Below the pieces are notes generated by a model that saw nothing but the letters and a program-made list of their open reading frames with translations, was not told where the DNA came from and ran no database searches. 51,803 bases of DNA from a virus, in the IMG/VR virus record IMGVR_UViG_3300001567_000010, positions 1 to 51,803 of that record; one strand, given 5' to 3'. The stretch's first letter is position 1. Each line of letters starts with the position of its first letter. Below are positions 35,497 through 43,257 of this stretch, one piece after another. The translations under genes and the position numbers were made by a program.

Positions 35497-36610
35497 CGAT
35501 CTCTCCGGGTTTCGTCTGCTCTTTCGGCTCGCCCTTGATCGGCTCCGGCCCCCCCACGGGTTTGACGACGAGGGCCGCCTCCCTTGTCGCCCGTGCCGCC
35601 TCGATGAGCCCCAGAGCGCCGGGCGAGAGCTGGAACCCGAACTCGTCCACGAGGTCGAGGATCGCCTCATACTGCGCCGCCGGCACGACCACGTTCGGCT
35701 TCGACCACCGGCTGCCGGCGATCTTGCGAGCAGCCGCGTAGATCGCCTCGTTGTCCCGCTCCCACTGGATGCTGAACCAGCCGGCATAGTCTCCGCCGGT
35801 GCGTTGCGTCACCCACCGAACGTACTCAGGTTCGTAGGAGCCCGAGACGGCCATCTCCCGGGCGACCTCATCGAAGACCTGGATGACAAACCCTGCCCGG
35901 AGGAGCAGGTTCCCGATCTCCCCTGCCCGGTCCGCAGGCGTGCCGGCAAACTTACCGATCTGCCGCGCCCATAGAGCGCCGTTCCACCGGAACCCGCGCC
36001 CCTTGACGATCTCCCGCAGGGTATCGTTCCGCTCCGGGTAGATCACCTCGACCGTGCTCTCCCGGATCCGGATCTGCACAGGGATCTCAGAGACCGGTGT
36101 CTCCGGCCGGACCGTCGCCTCGGCGAGAGCCTCCTCTGCGGAAACGGCGCCAGCAGCTTCCCGGAGGTCGAGGAGCCCCTTGTATCGCTTCGCGACGAGG
36201 GTCATGATCTCCCGGTCAGAGGGGTTCCGGCCGTTCTCGATCCACCAGACCGCCGAGGGCTCACGCTGGATTGACTCGACGGCCTGCTGTGCGAGGACCG
36301 TATCGACATCCTCGCGGACGGTCCGCCGCTGCAGGACGCCGTCGAGCACTTCGAGATACTTCTTCCGGATCGTGAGCGCCCAGGCGACCTGCTTATCGGT
36401 GCCGACGAGGGCCGGGAGTTCCTGCTCCGCCGCCTCCGCTGCGGCCGCGACGCGCTCGGCCTCCCGCTTCGCCTCCAGTTGCGCCTTGTAGCAGTCAGGG
36501 CAGAGTTCCTGCTCTTTGTTCTTGAGGATCCATTCCCGAGTCCGGGTCGGCCCCGTCAGGCGGACGGTGCCCGTATGCCCGCAGGCATACGTGACCGAGT
36601 ATTTCGCCAT
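35471..36610 (-). CDS. Conserved hypothetical protein: Zn-binding N-terminus (CGH...CPDC) plus two HARP-like repeats
   Basis: VIYPERNDTLREIVKGRGFRWNGALW and IQWERDNEAIYAAARKIAGSRWSKPNVVVP. Confidence 0.7.
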   Translation of the reverse strand: MAKYSVTYACGHTGTVRLTGPTRTREWILKNKEQELCPDCYKAQLEAKREAERVAAAAEAAEQELPALVGTDKQVAWALTIRKKYLEVLDGVLQRRTVREDVDTVLAQQAVESIQREPSAVWWIENGRNPSDREIMTLVAKRYKGLLDLREAAGAVSAEEALAEATVRPETPVSEIPVQIRIRESTVEVIYPERNDTLREIVKGRGFRWNGALWARQIGKFAGTPADRAGEIGNLLLRAGFVIQVFDEVAREMAVSGSYEPEYVRWVTQRTGGDYAGWFSIQWERDNEAIYAAARKIAGSRWSKPNVVVPAAQYEAILDLVDEFGFQLSPGALGLIEAARATREAALVVKPVGGPEPIKGEPKEQTKPGEIDADLRDDD

Positions 36611-36614
36611 CCCA

Positions 36615-37064
36615 TCAGTCCCTCCAGACACGCACCACGAACGCCTTGCCAAGCGCCTCTACAGTGGCCCGCTTGCCGCCGTAGCGGACGAGGTCATCCA
36701 CGATCAGCTGAGCATCCGAGCGGGACGGGTAGAGGGACGGCCGGCCGTCATCTCTCGCGGTGATCTCAGTGCCGGGGGCCTCTACCGGGACCGCACCGCC
36801 GGTCGCAGCCTCGTAGACATCGCCGATCACGCGCACATAGACGACGAAGTGGTGCCGGTCCGCGGGCTTGCCGGGGTTAGTGGTCGCGGGGATTATGGCG
36901 ACCTCGTGGGCGGCACCGAACAGAACGCGCGTCGCCACTCGCTGCAGGAGCGCGGGGATCTCGTCCCGCACGCAGTTCCCCATGCAGGAGTAGGTTCCGG
37001 CTGCGGTCTCGATCGTCAGCGGGTAACCCCAGCCGACGGCCTTTGGAAGGGTTTTAGGAGTCAT
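36615..37064 (-). CDS. Hypothetical protein
   Basis: Coupled to neighbours in the leftward operon. Confidence 0.6.
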   Translation of the reverse strand: MTPKTLPKAVGWGYPLTIETAAGTYSCMGNCVRDEIPALLQRVATRVLFGAAHEVAIIPATTNPGKPADRHHFVVYVRVIGDVYEAATGGAVPVEAPGTEITARDDGRPSLYPSRSDAQLIVDDLVRYGGKRATVEALGKAFVVRVWRD

Positions 37065-37405
37065 CTCCGAGACCCCCGAGGGGTCCGCGGTGCCGGCCTT
37101 ACCGCCCCCGTCTTTTTAAGGTCCTCGATCAAGTCGTTGACCACCGGGCCCACAGCCCGATGGACAGGCCAGAATCGTATCTTGCCATCTGTGTCCTGGC
37201 GAGTGAGACAGTATCCCCCGCGGATCAGGATCTGGATCGTGTAGTCGCCGACCTCCACCTCGGGGTCGGTGACGGCGTCACCTTCGCTGGATCCCGTTGC
37301 ATGGTACCCGCAAATCTCCAGGTATTTAACGAGTCCCGGGATTTTTTCGTTCGCCGCATCGGCGCCCCGTATGAGTGCGTCATATACATCAAGTTCCATT
37401 CTCAC
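37061..37405 (-). CDS. Hypothetical protein
   Basis: First gene after the repeated promoter 37399-37444. Confidence 0.6.
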   Translation of the reverse strand: MRMELDVYDALIRGADAANEKIPGLVKYLEICGYHATGSSEGDAVTDPEVEVGDYTIQILIRGGYCLTRQDTDGKIRFWPVHRAVGPVVNDLIEDLKKTGAVRPAPRTPRGSRR

Positions 37406-37444
37406 ACCTCTATACCTATATTAGACCCACTAGTATTTATAATT
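37399..37444 (-). promoter_or_regulatory. Early promoter/RBS block, copy 1
   Basis: 46 bp identical to 37975-38020; TTATAAATA box and GAGGTGTGAG SD on the minus strand. Confidence 0.85.
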
Positions 37445-37451
37445 GCTGATG

Positions 37452-37973
37452 TTACTCCTGAAAATTAGGGATTGTGAAGGCCACCACAGGCCTTCCGAGG
37501 CGCTCATGATCTCGGTTCACGCGCTCCAGGCCATCCTTGATGGCGTCCCACTCATCGCGGCTGAGATCTGATGCGATCTTGGCGGCCTCTTGGGCCCCTT
37601 CCGGCGAAAATGACGCAGCCCTCCCGGTCGCTACGTTAATTCCCGCGTTGAGGCGGTGGCTAGACGACCTAATATGCCTCAGCCCGCGCCCATGTTCGTG
37701 GATAAATTCGTACGTAATGGTCGTCGCGAATGGGGCCAGAGCGATAATCTCGCGAGCGCGCCGAAGATTCTCCGCGTTTACGGGGAGGCCAGCGAGTTTG
37801 CAGTAGGCCGCCGGCCACTGCGACGAACCGTCGACCCGGAACTGGACATCGTCGGTGTCGATCTCCAGGTAGATATCCGCCAGGGTCCAGCGGTCCTCAT
37901 ACCCGCTGCTGGTGATTTTCAACGATCCCTTTTTCCGCACATCGAGTTCCAGGTCTTCTATCTGAGTAGTCAT
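37452..37973 (-). CDS. Hypothetical protein
   Basis: Directly after promoter copy 2. Confidence 0.6.
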   Translation of the reverse strand: MTTQIEDLELDVRKKGSLKITSSGYEDRWTLADIYLEIDTDDVQFRVDGSSQWPAAYCKLAGLPVNAENLRRAREIIALAPFATTITYEFIHEHGRGLRHIRSSSHRLNAGINVATGRAASFSPEGAQEAAKIASDLSRDEWDAIKDGLERVNRDHERLGRPVVAFTIPNFQE

Positions 37974-37974
37974 G

Positions 37975-38020
37975 TTCTCACACCTCTATACCTATATTAG
38001 ACCCACTAGTATTTATAATT
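37975..38020 (-). promoter_or_regulatory. Early promoter/RBS block, copy 2
   Basis: Identical to 37399-37444. Confidence 0.85.
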
Positions 38021-38072
38021 ATCTCATGGAGCAAACAGGAGATCCTATAATCTCCGGCGGCGAGGATCGAAT

Positions 38073-38486
38073 ATGATCTACATCGAAAACGACGGGCAGG
38101 CGATCGCCGGAACCGACTACTGGGAATCAGAGTGGAGCGCAAGAGGGCTCGCCATGATCTCGATGAACGCCGGCGCGTTCCGAATCCTCGTCCCGGACAG
38201 CATGGCCCCCCAGGTCGCGGACATGCAGACCGCTCGCGAGGTTATCATCTCCAAAGGGCGGTATCAGGGCAAGCAAGCATACGAGATCCTCTTCGACGAC
38301 CACACCGATACTCCCTACTCGCTCCTCCTCGACGCCCGACAGTTCGCGTCGCTGCAGCCGGCAGACAGTGAGCACGGCAAGGAGGTCCGGATCTCGGTCT
38401 GGGTCCGTGGGCCGCAGCGGGTCCTTGACATGCCCGCCCGGTTCCGCGTGGTGCGGCGGCTACCGTGCTTGCGGCCCTGGGCGTAA
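38073..38486 (+). CDS. Hypothetical protein
   Basis: Globular-looking 137-aa ORF, divergent from promoter copy 2. Confidence 0.7.
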   Translation: MIYIENDGQAIAGTDYWESEWSARGLAMISMNAGAFRILVPDSMAPQVADMQTAREVIISKGRYQGKQAYEILFDDHTDTPYSLLLDARQFASLQPADSEHGKEVRISVWVRGPQRVLDMPARFRVVRRLPCLRPWA

Positions 38487-38490
38487 CGGT

Positions 38491-38523
38491 AATTATATAT
38501 ACTAGTGGGTCTAATATGGGTAT
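38491..38523 (+). promoter_or_regulatory. Early promoter, copy 3 (opposite orientation)
   Basis: AATTATATATACTAGTGGGTCTAATATGGGTAT, 2 mismatches in 33 vs the reverse complement of copies 1/2. Confidence 0.8.
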
Positions 38524-38565
38524 TGTAAGAGGGAGCAAGAATGCAGTTAAAGAGAGAAGGTGAAC

Positions 38566-39003
38566 ATGATGAAAGTCAACAACCCGATTGATGCAATGCC
38601 TGAGGACGTCGCCGAGGGCCTCCGCCGCCACGCGGAGGAGCTCCTTGACGATACCAGACCTCTCAACCCCGCAGCGGAGCCAGCGAGGTACCCGACTGAA
38701 CGGTACTGCAAATGGAAGGGCGAAATGTTTCTGTGGAGTGAAGACGCCCTCAAACAGATCCGGCGGATCGATCCGTTTGTCCGCCCCCTCCCGAAAACCG
38801 CATCCCTCGCGGAGCGGCGGGCGTGGCATGCCGACCTCGTTACGTGCGTCGGCGCGCTGAAGCGGGACGAACTGAACGACATCGTGGTGCAGATGGTGAC
38901 GCTGATGCTGTCCGTCCCGAAACTCGATCTCCCTGAGATGCGGGCGCTGGAGAACTGGGACGGAGTCTCCCCGATCAGGATTGTCGAGGGGCAGGAGGGG
39001 TGA
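38566..39003 (+). CDS. Hypothetical protein
   Basis: SD GAAGGTGA; first gene after promoter copy 3. Confidence 0.6.
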   Translation: MMKVNNPIDAMPEDVAEGLRRHAEELLDDTRPLNPAAEPARYPTERYCKWKGEMFLWSEDALKQIRRIDPFVRPLPKTASLAERRAWHADLVTCVGALKRDELNDIVVQMVTLMLSVPKLDLPEMRALENWDGVSPIRIVEGQEG

Positions 39004-39371
39004 TCACGATGGATGCAGACCCCGACTATCACATCCCCCCCGCCGCCCGGGAGGAGTTGGAGAAGATCATCCAGGCCGACCTCGAACACGCGACGGTCTC
39101 ATCCGCGAGCGTCCACGTTGACGACGTCGGCCGGATCATCATAGAAGAACTCGTGCTCCGGCTCCCGGACGGCCGCATGGTATCGGCGTCACCGTTCAGC
39201 GCCTCGCCCGACTACGCAGAGGATATGCGGCTGGATGTCTACGACGACCACCTCGCGGGCGGGCACGGCTGGCGCGAGGCGACGATCGATGATGACTACG
39301 CCGAGGAACTCGCGGACGCGACGCATGTCTGGCACCCGGAGCCGGACACGGTGGAGGAGGCGAGGCTGTGA
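39000..39371 (+). CDS. Acidic hypothetical protein
   Basis: Coupled ORF, strongly Asp/Glu-rich. Confidence 0.6.
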   Translation: MITMDADPDYHIPPAAREELEKIIQADLEHATVSSASVHVDDVGRIIIEELVLRLPDGRMVSASPFSASPDYAEDMRLDVYDDHLAGGHGWREATIDDDYAEELADATHVWHPEPDTVEEARL

Positions 39372-39718
39372 GGGACCCCCTCGCCGGCGGGCATGCAGGG
39401 GAGAGCCCCTATCGGTACGACCCCGCCGCCCGGCTCTCGCTGACTGCGGGATATTCCCGGGATCCCTTGCACGACTCCCGATACCCCTGGTGGGTCCCTC
39501 CCTGCAACCGGTGCGCCTGGAGCCTGGAGATCGTCCGTGAGCGCACCCGGGAGATTGAGCGGACCCGGCAGTTGTTCGTGACGATCGATGCCGCGATCGC
39601 CTGGGGAGAGGCCCTGCGAGGGGCCCAGGCGCTCTACCGGGCGCAGCGCCGGCAGGCTCTCACCGCGATCATAGGGGGGCTGCTCGTCGTGGTCCTGGTG
39701 GTCGCGGCGGCGATGTGA
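39368..39718 (+). CDS. Hypothetical protein with C-terminal TM anchor
   Basis: ALTAIIGGLLVVVLVVAAAM. Confidence 0.55.
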   Translation: MRDPLAGGHAGESPYRYDPAARLSLTAGYSRDPLHDSRYPWWVPPCNRCAWSLEIVRERTREIERTRQLFVTIDAAIAWGEALRGAQALYRAQRRQALTAIIGGLLVVVLVVAAAM

Positions 39719-39744
39719 GGTATGAGTAATGGTAGAGGACTGCA

Positions 39745-40608
39745 ATGACAAGCGGTAGCACACCCCTCACCCATTTCTCCTGCTTCAGCGGCATCGGCGG
39801 GATTGACCTAGCCGCCGAGTGGGCGGGGTTTCAAACGCTCGGGCAGGTAGAACTTAAAGAATACCCGTATGCAGTGCTCCGTCAGCACTGGCCAGACGTA
39901 CTAAAATGGAGAGATATCAAGGATGTCACAAGTGGATCTATCAGGAGAGCCGGTATTGCACAACCCCCGACCGTATTATCCGGGGGTTTCCCATGCCAGC
40001 CGTTCTCTTCTGCCGGCAACCAGAGAGGCACGGTTGATGACCGCTATCTCTGGCCGGAAATGCTTAGAGTCGTGCAGGAATGTAGGCCCGCTTGGATTGT
40101 TGGAGAGAATGTTGATGGGTTCGTCGGAATGGCACTCGACGAATCACTTGCTGGTTTGGAGCGTGCAGGTTACGCCTGCCGGGCGTTCGTATTTCCGGCT
40201 GAAGCAGTTGGAGCCCCGCACGAAAGATATCGGTGCTTTATTGTTGCCCACCGTCTGTGCAGCGGACAAGAGCGGGCACGGGTATCAATACGACAACGGC
40301 GACCGGACAAAGATCCGGCTGACGCTCCCGGGCTATGTGAGGATGATCCCGACAATGCACGCGAATGCACATACTGGGCCTGGAAGGCGGGGTCTAGGAG
40401 GTGTGAACATACAGACCGCGCTGAAAGAATCAACTGGTATGAAGCTGCAACCCGCTTTTGCGGAGTGGATGATGGGGTTTCCAATCGGGTGGACCGAATT
40501 GAGGCGCTAGGGAATGCAGTTATGCCGCAACACATCTCCCCCATCATGAATGCAATTGCAGCGATCGAGGAACAAAATTACAGCCTGAAAGGGCTGGTAG
40601 AAAAATGA
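39745..40608 (+). CDS. C5-cytosine DNA methyltransferase, alpha-like chain (motifs I-VIII and X)
   Basis: FSGIGG, GGFPCQPFS, GENV, PHERYRCFIV, RIEALGNAVMP; no motif IX. Confidence 0.92.
   Translation: MTSGSTPLTHFSCFSGIGGIDLAAEWAGFQTLGQVELKEYPYAVLRQHWPDVLKWRDIKDVTSGSIRRAGIAQPPTVLSGGFPCQPFSSAGNQRGTVDDRYLWPEMLRVVQECRPAWIVGENVDGFVGMALDESLAGLERAGYACRAFVFPAEAVGAPHERYRCFIVAHRLCSGQERARVSIRQRRPDKDPADAPGLCEDDPDNARECTYWAWKAGSRRCEHTDRAERINWYEAATRFCGVDDGVSNRVDRIEALGNAVMPQHISPIMNAIAAIEEQNYSLKGLVEK
40037..40510 (+). CDS. C5-methyltransferase beta-like chain in an overlapping frame (motif IX); alternative start 39923
   Basis: Nested ORF ending LQPAFAEWMMGFPIGWTEL (motif IX-like). Confidence 0.75.
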   Translation: MTAISGRKCLESCRNVGPLGLLERMLMGSSEWHSTNHLLVWSVQVTPAGRSYFRLKQLEPRTKDIGALLLPTVCAADKSGHGYQYDNGDRTKIRLTLPGYVRMIPTMHANAHTGPGRRGLGGVNIQTALKESTGMKLQPAFAEWMMGFPIGWTELRR

Positions 40609-40781
40609 CGGATCACCAGTGGCACCGGGCGAAATGCCCCGCATGTGGGAAATCTCAATTTGATGTGTACGAATCGCATTGGACTGAACACGATTGTGAT
40701 ACGGGCGAACTCATAGAGGGCTATGCACTCAAGGTCGCGTGTCGGGCGTGTAAGTCCATCCTCCAAGCGATTGGCGGTTGA
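40605..40781 (+). CDS. Small Zn-ribbon protein (58 aa)
   Basis: CPACG...CRACK; ATGA coupling. Confidence 0.6.
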   Translation: MTDHQWHRAKCPACGKSQFDVYESHWTEHDCDTGELIEGYALKVACRACKSILQAIGG

Positions 40782-40828
40782 TCTATCACTCCTCCCCCGA
40801 CGAGCGATAGATCGACCTCCTTTTCTTT
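40776..40828 (+). terminator. Hairpin (12-bp stem) followed by a T-rich tract
   Basis: GGTTGATCTATC / GATAGATCGACC then TCCTTTTCTTT at the operon end. Confidence 0.6.
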
Positions 40829-41039
40829 ATCAACCCATATAAACCCGGGCAGCCTATCAAAACATCCCTGAGACTGCAACTATCACATCCGACAAAAACA
40901 GATAGGTGCTCGCACCACTCCCGATAGAAAAATATATATACTAACGGCTATTATATAGCGGTGATGACTGGGGAAGCGTACAGGAAGTGGGAAATCCTTC
41001 GCCGCCGACGACGAACCTGCGGCGAGGAGGAGGATCTCC

Positions 41040-41225
41040 CTGCCAGAGCATACAGATATCATTCCAACCGCGCCGGTCGAGTATCGTGTCGCGGGGTACA
41101 GTCAGATGATCAAGACGGCATCGGCAACCGGGACCACTGCCCGGATCTATGTGCCGAAGTTGTGGACGGGCAAGCGGGTCGCGATGATCTTGTTGGACCC
41201 GCCCGACGACCCCTCTTTTCCCTGA
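41040..41225 (+). CDS. DUF2080/AbrB-like small protein (possible CTG start)
   Basis: VAGYSQMIKTASATGTTARIYVPKLWTGKRVAMIL; AGGAGG SD 7 nt before CTG 41040; first ATG 41106. Confidence 0.6.
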   Translation: MPEHTDIIPTAPVEYRVAGYSQMIKTASATGTTARIYVPKLWTGKRVAMILLDPPDDPSFP

Positions 41226-41288
41226 CGGATTCGAACACTTCGTCCTGAATCCGCCCGGGGGTATCTGGACCAGATGTTCGAATCCGTC
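41224..41288. repeat. Perfect 14-bp inverted repeat upstream of the integrase
   Basis: GACGGATTCGAACA (41224-41237) / TGTTCGAATCCGTC (41275-41288). Confidence 0.85.
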
Positions 41289-41320
41289 TGCGTTATATAT
41301 TCTGGCACCTATGCACCTGT

Positions 41321-42499
41321 ATGGCAATATCGGTCACGGATGCGGAGAAATCTATCAGTAACGCCCTCGCAGATGGGCGGATCACCAACCCCGACGCGGC
41401 GGCGCTCCGGGACTTTTTATCCGACGCTCGCGCCACGAACGGCATATCCCCCAACCGGATCAACCTCTACGCCTCGTCGCTCTGCCGCATGGCCCGGTTC
41501 CTGCCCGGGGGCCTTATCGCAGCGTCGGCGGCAGACCTCTACGCGGGGGTCGCGGATCTCCGGGGGCCGACCGCCTACAAGGGACGCCCCTACAAGCAAA
41601 ACACCCTTCAGAGCACGATCACGATCGTCCGGCTGTTCTATCGGTGGGCCGCCGAGAATGGATACACCGAGATCCCGCAGCCGCGCATCGACCGGCTCAA
41701 GCCGCCGCACCGGGACCGGATGACCAAGACGGCGGGCCAGATGCTCACCCCCGAGGATGTGCAGGCGATCGCCGGGGCGTGCCGCAGGTCATCCGACCGG
41801 GCGATCCTCTGGATGCTCTACGAGGGGGGGTTCCGGGTCGGGGAGCTGATCGAGATGACGTGGGGGCAGGTGACGTTCGACCAGTACGGCGTCGTGGTGA
41901 ACGTCGACGAGAAGACTGACCGGCCTCGATATGTCCGCCTCATCATGGCCGCAAAACCCCTCGCAGCATGGCGGGCGGATTACTACTTCGACCCGACCCC
42001 CGAGACCCCCGTCTTCCTCGACACGAGGTGCCGCCCGATCACCCGCGCCGGGGTTACCCAGATGCTCCGGCGGGCGGCGCGTCGGGCCGAGGTCGAGAAG
42101 CACATCACCGCGCATCTATTCCGGCACTCGCGGATCACGCATCTGATCAAGGAAGGGGTGAATGAGTCGGTGATCAAATTGATGATGTGGGGCAATATTA
42201 ACACCGATATGTTCGCCACCTACGCGCACCTCACCGGCGTCGATATCGACGCGGAGATGCTCCGGACCTACGGGATCGCCCCGGAGCCGAAGCAGCGGCA
42301 CCAAAAACTCGCCCCGATCCAGTGCCCCAAATGCGGACAGGTGTGGCCCGCGGGCTGGCGGGTCTGTGAGTGCGGGGAGATCCTCGACGAGGACTTGAAG
42401 AAGACTGCGCTTGATAAGGAAAAATACGCACAGGAAAGTGGCGATTATCAGAAACTCCTCGCACAGCTCCGGCGGGACCTGCGCATTGAAGATAGATAG
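41321..42499 (+). CDS. int: Tyrosine recombinase/integrase with C-terminal Zn ribbon
   Basis: GGFRVGEL (R), EKTDRPR (K), HLFRHSR (HxxR), TYAHL (Y); CPKC..CEC. Confidence 0.95.
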   Translation: MAISVTDAEKSISNALADGRITNPDAAALRDFLSDARATNGISPNRINLYASSLCRMARFLPGGLIAASAADLYAGVADLRGPTAYKGRPYKQNTLQSTITIVRLFYRWAAENGYTEIPQPRIDRLKPPHRDRMTKTAGQMLTPEDVQAIAGACRRSSDRAILWMLYEGGFRVGELIEMTWGQVTFDQYGVVVNVDEKTDRPRYVRLIMAAKPLAAWRADYYFDPTPETPVFLDTRCRPITRAGVTQMLRRAARRAEVEKHITAHLFRHSRITHLIKEGVNESVIKLMMWGNINTDMFATYAHLTGVDIDAEMLRTYGIAPEPKQRHQKLAPIQCPKCGQVWPAGWRVCECGEILDEDLKKTALDKEKYAQESGDYQKLLAQLRRDLRIEDR

Positions 42500-42565
42500 A
42501 TCACTTTCGCCGTGCGCACGCACAAGAACTATGTCGGGGAGGGGTAATCACTCTTCCGAGCGACA

Positions 42566-42697
42566 ATGGAACACGAAATCGACGACAGCGACCTCGCGCA
42601 GATGCGCGACCCGATCGCACGGATGATATGGCAAAAATGGATCAGAGATGGGACTGCGACACGCTCGCCGCCCCCTCACCCTCCCTCCGGGGGCTGA
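42566..42697 (+). CDS. 43-aa peptide, paralog of 43254-43376
   Basis: QMRDPIARMIWQKWIRDGTAT matches GMRDPLARMVWEAWISRGEAT. Confidence 0.6.
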   Translation: MEHEIDDSDLAQMRDPIARMIWQKWIRDGTATRSPPPHPPSGG

Positions 42698-42933
42698 TCC
42701 AGCCCCAAATCTCTCCTGAGCTGCGCGAGGATCCGCTGATAGTCCTCCGACTCCTGCGCAACCCGCTCCTTCTCCCGAACATCATAATCCTCCAGGTACG
42801 ACCCGATCATTTCGAGGATCATACTTGTGCGCTCCCGGTAGGGGCCGCGGATCTCATCGATCCGCTCCACCATCCATGCAGGGATGCGGAGGGACACCCG
42901 GACCGTACCCTCGTTTACCTCATTGTCTGACAT
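42676..42933 (-). CDS. RHH transcriptional regulator (repressor candidate) with integrase-like C-terminal helix
   Basis: VRVSLRIPAWMVERIDE...RTSMILEMI; tail AQESEDYQRILAQLRRDL. Confidence 0.8.
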   Translation of the reverse strand: MSDNEVNEGTVRVSLRIPAWMVERIDEIRGPYRERTSMILEMIGSYLEDYDVREKERVAQESEDYQRILAQLRRDLGLDQPPEGG

Positions 42934-43062
42934 GTACTCGCATTTGCATAGCTGTCCGCCGTAATATACTTTTGCCCTGTTTTGCACCATCCTGCGTCAA
43001 TGTCATACAATGGCGCAACATAGCGCCAAATATATATACTCCGACACCAAATTGATTATTGT
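42934..43062. promoter_or_regulatory. Divergent promoter/genetic switch region
   Basis: Between divergent RHH-like genes; TGGCGC-N6-GCGCCA (43011-43028) next to AAATATATATA. Confidence 0.6.
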
Positions 43063-43257
43063 ATGACACAGACCGACAATGACGCCAACGGCGCACACGG
43101 GCCCAGTGTGCGCAAGGTCGGCGGATACCTCAAGCCCGAACTGATGTCGGACTATGCGTATCTCCGGTCACTTGGCTACAACGACAGCGAGATCGTGCGA
43201 CGAGGGGTGGCTGCGGTTGCCCTGAACGAGCGCAAGATCCGAGGGGTGCAGGCATGA
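43063..43257 (+). CDS. Small RHH-like regulator (Cro-equivalent candidate)
   Basis: KVGGYLKPELMSDY....YNDSEIVRRGV; divergent from the repressor. Confidence 0.6.
   Translation: MTQTDNDANGAHGPSVRKVGGYLKPELMSDYAYLRSLGYNDSEIVRRGVAAVALNERKIRGVQA

Noticed and set aside
35471-35787. Longer SNF2 start at 35787
   Set aside because: The extension is low-complexity and overlaps the upstream gene; ATG 35496 fits the operon coupling.
40961-41248. 95-aa ORF from the track
   Set aside because: Low-complexity Arg-rich product; the overlapping frame 41040-41225 has a recognisable family motif and an SD.
41224-41288. tRNA gene
   Set aside because: Only a T-loop-like decamer inside an inverted repeat; no cloverleaf.
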